A stretch of 64,000 bases of DNA, taken from the IMG/VR virus record IMGVR_UViG_3300015371_000026, positions 3,392 to 67,391 of that record; one strand, written 5' to 3'. This document shows, in pieces, positions 59,746 through 64,000 of the stretch; positions within the stretch are counted from its first letter, which is position 1; each line of letters begins with the position of its first letter. This stretch comes from a virus. The translations under genes and the position numbers were made by a program. The notes under the pieces were generated by a model. It ran no database searches. It was given only the letters and a program-made list of their open reading frames with translations, and had not been told where the DNA came from.

Positions 59746-60786
59746 ACGACGACCAGCTAGAGCTGGACGCGCAGATGCGCGCGATGGGACGTACAGCACT
59801 CCAGATCTTCCGCGGTGCGCGCGAGGACGGCTCGCTCGTCGAGGCGTTCTGGGCTACCGCCGCGTTCTTCGTCGCGGCGTTCAAGCAGAACGAGGAGTGA
59901 GTTGAGCGCGATCGCACACATACGGATCGAGAAGCCGAGTCTGTCTAGGCCAGGGCAGCCGCATATCATGCACAACGACCGGGTCATCGCAGTTGGCGAC
60001 GACGGCACGGAGGTCGACATCAGTTCGATAGTCACGGCATGGCATGAGCACAACGTCGTCGGCGAGGCGCGCACGCTGGAGCTGATCGTGCTCTGCTCGC
60101 ACGTCGTCCAGAGAGAGCACGACAACCAGATCGTCGTGACTGGGTACGTCGATAAGGAGGCAAAGTGAGTCAGTTCGCGATCAACTTCACGGTCTGGGCG
60201 GTCGGCTGGCTCGGCATGTTCTGCGCGCTCGAAGGGCCCGCTGCGTTCTGGCCTAGATGTCCGTGGGATACGTTCTCGCGCTTCGTCTGGGACGCGCAGG
60301 CGCGCTGGGACTTTCTGACGGTCGCGGTCGTCGCGATCATCGGCATCCTGGCGTCGCACCTGATCCGCTTCAGGGGGATCGAGGAGGGCGATCGCAAGAC
60401 GGTCAAGCAGGCCGTCGTCGAGGCGAAGATCATCCACGCGCACAAGGTGCTGGCGAAGCACCAGCCGAACGTGGTGGGTGCATGACGCGCTACTTCCAGC
60501 TCGACATCACAGACGAAGGCAACGGCGCGCCGTTCGACGGGCGCTGGGAAGACTGGCCCGACGAGGGTGGCGACGCGACCCATATCGGCGACCCGAGCGT
60601 GCGCTGCGGCGTCTACTTCGACACCGAGCGCTGCTGCGTCGTCATGTACTACGAGCGTCTACGCGACGACGCTCCACCTGTCGTGTTCGAGGAGAGTGAA
60701 CAGCAACAAGTGCGGATACGCGACATCGACGGCCGAACACGCGGCGAGCCGACTAACTCGCCGCTGATCGGTGGCAAGGAGCAGAC

Positions 60787-61434
60787 GTGAAAGCAGCGCT
60801 CGTACTCCCCGGCGGGAACATCTGGCCGCCGCAGCAGAAGGCGCATGACCTCGGCGCCGACCGGATCGGCTGGACGAGCAAGGACCCGCAGATCGACCCG
60901 GCGACGAACGGCGGCGTTAACGTCATGGAAGCGGTGCGCGCGAACGGGTTCACGCTGTTCTTGATGCGTGCGCTCTGGAACTGGGGCGGCTCGCCCGAAG
61001 CGTGGGCTGACGACTTCCGAGCTGACCTGAAGCGGCTCGACATGCTCTCGACGATGACGCTACCGGGCAACATTCCGAAGCACAGCGCGCGCCAGTGCGC
61101 GATCAACGCCGACCTCGAAGTCGACGACTCAGAGTGGGTCTTTCGCGCGCTCGCGCAGCTACTCTCGGTGCTACCCGGACGCGGCATCACCTGGTCGATG
61201 CAGCCGCACAAGGGCGGGATCATCAGCGACACGCTGCGCGACCTGATCAACAAGAGCCAGTGGATCACCGTCGCGCCGTACACGTACCGGAACAACATGC
61301 AGCGCTGTAGCGAGCGCTGGGTCGTCGACGACCTGATCGCGCGCGGGATCAAGCCTGAGAAGATCCTCTGCTACTACCGCGACGTCTGCGAGGGCTGGAA
61401 CGGGTTGCTGTGGGATCTGGTGCAGATCACGTGA
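60787..61434 (+). CDS. Hypothetical protein
   Basis: 215-aa ORF with AAGGAG RBS. Confidence 0.55.
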   Translation: MKAALVLPGGNIWPPQQKAHDLGADRIGWTSKDPQIDPATNGGVNVMEAVRANGFTLFLMRALWNWGGSPEAWADDFRADLKRLDMLSTMTLPGNIPKHSARQCAINADLEVDDSEWVFRALAQLLSVLPGRGITWSMQPHKGGIISDTLRDLINKSQWITVAPYTYRNNMQRCSERWVVDDLIARGIKPEKILCYYRDVCEGWNGLLWDLVQIT

Positions 61435-61459
61435 GCAAGCGACCGTCCTGGTTCGGCGT

Positions 61460-62164
61460 GTGAGCGAAGCCGTCCGTATCCCCGACGTCGCTGGCGAGAT
61501 CCTCGGCTGGAAAGCGCTTAGGTACTTTGGCGGCACTGGTGGCGTGCTGCAGTCACCGATGCAGACGATGACCTGGAGCAAGACGTCGTGGACGAACGCG
61601 CGATGCAACGGGGGCCACCACTTCACCGCGGCGCTCGCGACGGCGATCGGAGGGGCGTTGCCACCGCACGAGATTCCAGAAAAGGAGTGCTCGTGCGGCA
61701 TCTACGCAGTCGCAGACGCGCTCGACGCGATGACGTACTTTCGCGGTAGCAACTACGTGCTCGCGCGCGCCGCTCTCTCAGGCAAAGTCATTCCGGGCGC
61801 GAAAGGCTGGCGCGCAGAACGCGCGCGTATCCACTCGATCGCACGCGTCGGGGAATCGTTCGTGCTCGACATGCTCGCACGCGAGTACGGCGTCGAGGTC
61901 GTCGAGCCGCCCTTTCGACCCGACGAAGGTCGCCGTCTATCTCTCCCAGCGACAATCAGACTTAGCGGCCGCGACGGCCAAGTTTACGGCGAGCATCACG
62001 CAACTGCAGAAGTCGATCGCCTCCGCGGTCGAGCCGTTCTCGACTCTCCTGCTCGCTTTGACGCAGGAGGCTACGAGATCACGATCAAAGAGTGGGACAT
62101 CGGATCGCTCACCCTCGCGGAAGGGGACAAGCTCATCTTCACATTCACAGTGAACCATCTCTGA
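61460..62164 (+). CDS. Conserved protein with CxCGIYA motif
   Basis: ILGWK, ECSCGIYA, G.VI.G..GWRAERA. Confidence 0.6.
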   Translation: MSEAVRIPDVAGEILGWKALRYFGGTGGVLQSPMQTMTWSKTSWTNARCNGGHHFTAALATAIGGALPPHEIPEKECSCGIYAVADALDAMTYFRGSNYVLARAALSGKVIPGAKGWRAERARIHSIARVGESFVLDMLAREYGVEVVEPPFRPDEGRRLSLPATIRLSGRDGQVYGEHHATAEVDRLRGRAVLDSPARFDAGGYEITIKEWDIGSLTLAEGDKLIFTFTVNHL

Positions 62165-62292
62165 TGGACATCGGCACAGAAGAACCAGCGATCATCGTCG
62201 AGCCGGTCGAGGACCCGTTCGAGCGCGAAGCGCCGAGCGAGCCCGAACCCGTACGGACGCCCGAGCGCGAGCCAGAGAAGGTACCCGCGTGA
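62164..62292 (+). CDS. Pro/Glu-rich peptide (42 aa)
   Basis: MDIGTEEPAIIVEPVEDP...EKVPA; TGATG and GTGA overlaps. Confidence 0.6.
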   Translation: MDIGTEEPAIIVEPVEDPFEREAPSEPEPVRTPEREPEKVPA

Positions 62293-62787
62293 TCGTCGCC
62301 GCTGTCGAGCGAGAGCACATCGAGGGACTGGTCGACCTGGCCGAGATGACCTCTCCCGGCGATCTAGGAGTGACCTTGATAGCGCGCAAGGTCGGGTGGA
62401 AGATCGACGTCTCGCTCCTCGTCGCTGACGTCGACGAGCGCTACGCACCGCCGCTACCTCGAAGCGCAGTGAATCTCATCGACCCTTATCGACTGTTCGG
62501 GTTCCCGGTCGTCTCGCGCGAGTGCATTACAGTCGAGCGTGCTGAGCGATGAGCGAGATGCCCGACCCGCAGCCCAGCCTCCCGTTCGGGACGACAGACG
62601 ACGACATCAACTCGCTCTGGGCGATGGACTGCCCGGCCTGCCAGGGACGCGGCTGGATGCACGCAGTCGAAGCGTACGAGTTCCGCGGCACGTACAAGGG
62701 GCGCGACAAGACCGGCGTCGTGCGCAGCGACGAGCGCGAACCATGCCCGAACTGCGGCGGCAGCGGCGGAGTGGAGATCCCGTTCTG

Positions 62788-63165
62788 ATGAAGCAAGTCC
62801 CAGGCACATGGGAGCACGGCGAACCGCCCGCACCGCAGCAGATACCGCGATCGGAAGCTGGTCCCGTGCTGCGCGGTCTCGAAGCAGAGGGCGCGCTGTA
62901 CGTGCGTCTCTATCGGATGGGCGAGTGCGCGATCGTCGTCTCGCGCGAACCGTGCGGACCAGGAGGTTCGTACGCGTGGCATCTCTCGATCTCTCACCTC
63001 GATCGACATCCGAGCTGGGACGAGATCAAAGCTGCACGCTACTGGCTGCTGCCTGACGCGCTGATGTTCGCGATGCTGCTACCGCCGAGCGAGGAGTATT
63101 TCAACCTGCCCGCGCAGGATCACGTCTTTCACATGTACGAGATCCCAGACCCGGAGATGTCGTGA
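62788..63165 (+). CDS. Conserved phage protein
   Basis: WHLSISH..RHPSWDEIK..LPP.EEY.N..FH. Confidence 0.7.
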   Translation: MKQVPGTWEHGEPPAPQQIPRSEAGPVLRGLEAEGALYVRLYRMGECAIVVSREPCGPGGSYAWHLSISHLDRHPSWDEIKAARYWLLPDALMFAMLLPPSEEYFNLPAQDHVFHMYEIPDPEMS

Positions 63166-63888
63166 CTGATCTCAACCCGGAACAGCGCCCCACCTTTGTA
63201 ACAGAATGGAGGACAGCATGAGCAGCCACTACCACGAGCCGAGTTGTCGATGCGATCAGTGTGCGCCCCGCGCTGGCTCTGTCGGGGTCGCACCGAGAGA
63301 CGCGGACTTTCCTCCGGGCTTCAAATGGAATGAGGAGGAAGGGAGGCCTGTCTTTGCCCCACCGCCCATGAGTCCCGAGGACATTGAGAAGCAGTTGCGG
63401 GTACTCGCGCCGACGTTGGATCGGGCGGAGGAGTTGCTGTGGCAGGCTGGGCATCCGCGTATCGCCGAGCAGCTTCACTCCGAGATTCGTCAACTCTTTC
63501 TCCAGGCAAGGATTTTGTGGCCCGAGGCTACGGGTGACTGATCTCAACCCGGAACAGGGCACCACGACCCCGGCTTTCGACGGCTGCGAGCTTCCGCCTG
63601 ATCTCTGGAACGAGGAAGGCTCGCGCGTCTGGATCCGCTACGACCTCTGCGAGAACGCGGCTAAGGCCCGTTACAAGGCGTGGAAGGGGATCGGCCTGCC
63701 GATTGGCTTCGCACCTCCTGACGGCGACTCCGATCTGATCGACCTACGGGTGCGCGTCGTCTGGGCGAGGTTCGCCCCGGACGATCCCGTGTGGGACGAG
63801 TGGCCGTGGAAGATGTGCGGCCGTGACGACCACGGCGCGGTGAAGTTCTGGGAGGTTGCGGCCGATGCGTGATCTCAACCCGGAACAG
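63162..63888 (+). repeat. Direct repeats at gene junctions
   Basis: GTGACTGATCTCAACCCGGAACAG at 63162-63185 and 63534-63557; last 19 nt again at 63870-63888. Confidence 0.9.
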
Positions 63889-64000
63889 GTGCGGGGAATC
63901 ATCGAAGCCACGTGGCGATTGAACACGTCCGCCATTCACTCGCCGGTCAGCATGGACGAGGTGCGCGCGTTGGCTCAGTCTTGGCTGGCTCAGGGGGAAG

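Noticed and set aside
63162-63888. CRISPR array
   Set aside because: Spacers are over 300 bp and coding; repeats are not palindromic; no cas operon

Overview
A 64-kb window of a high-GC tailed phage genome of the siphovirus type. The host is probably actinobacterial (inference), and no integrase is visible. Left to right: a DNA-modification-like cluster (GREB1/TAGT-type glycosyltransferase, SAM methyltransferase, UDG-fold protein); an AAA RepA-like helicase followed by an iteron origin; a late promoter with a short terminated leader; HNH, TerL and portal; a double-protease/major-capsid polyprotein; a 7.4-kb glycosylation cassette; fibre and decoration genes; head-tail and tail genes; lysis genes; a 13-kb leftward array of about 30 small genes, most led by a near-identical GAGGTGAG-N(0-6)-ATG signal; a divergent control region; and a rightward recombination/accessory arm ending in a 19-24 bp repeat-delimited cassette array. 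The most notable observation is that the leftward transcript is punctuated by RNA elements: two complete hammerhead ribozyme folds (54161-54219 and 49079-49143), a roughly 425-nt structured leader, a tRNA-like minihelix and a pseudoknot candidate. Also notable are in-frame amber codons inside structural domains, the size of the glycosylation cassette, and the repeat-bounded cassettes. All calls come from reading motifs by eye; no searches or folding programs were run.
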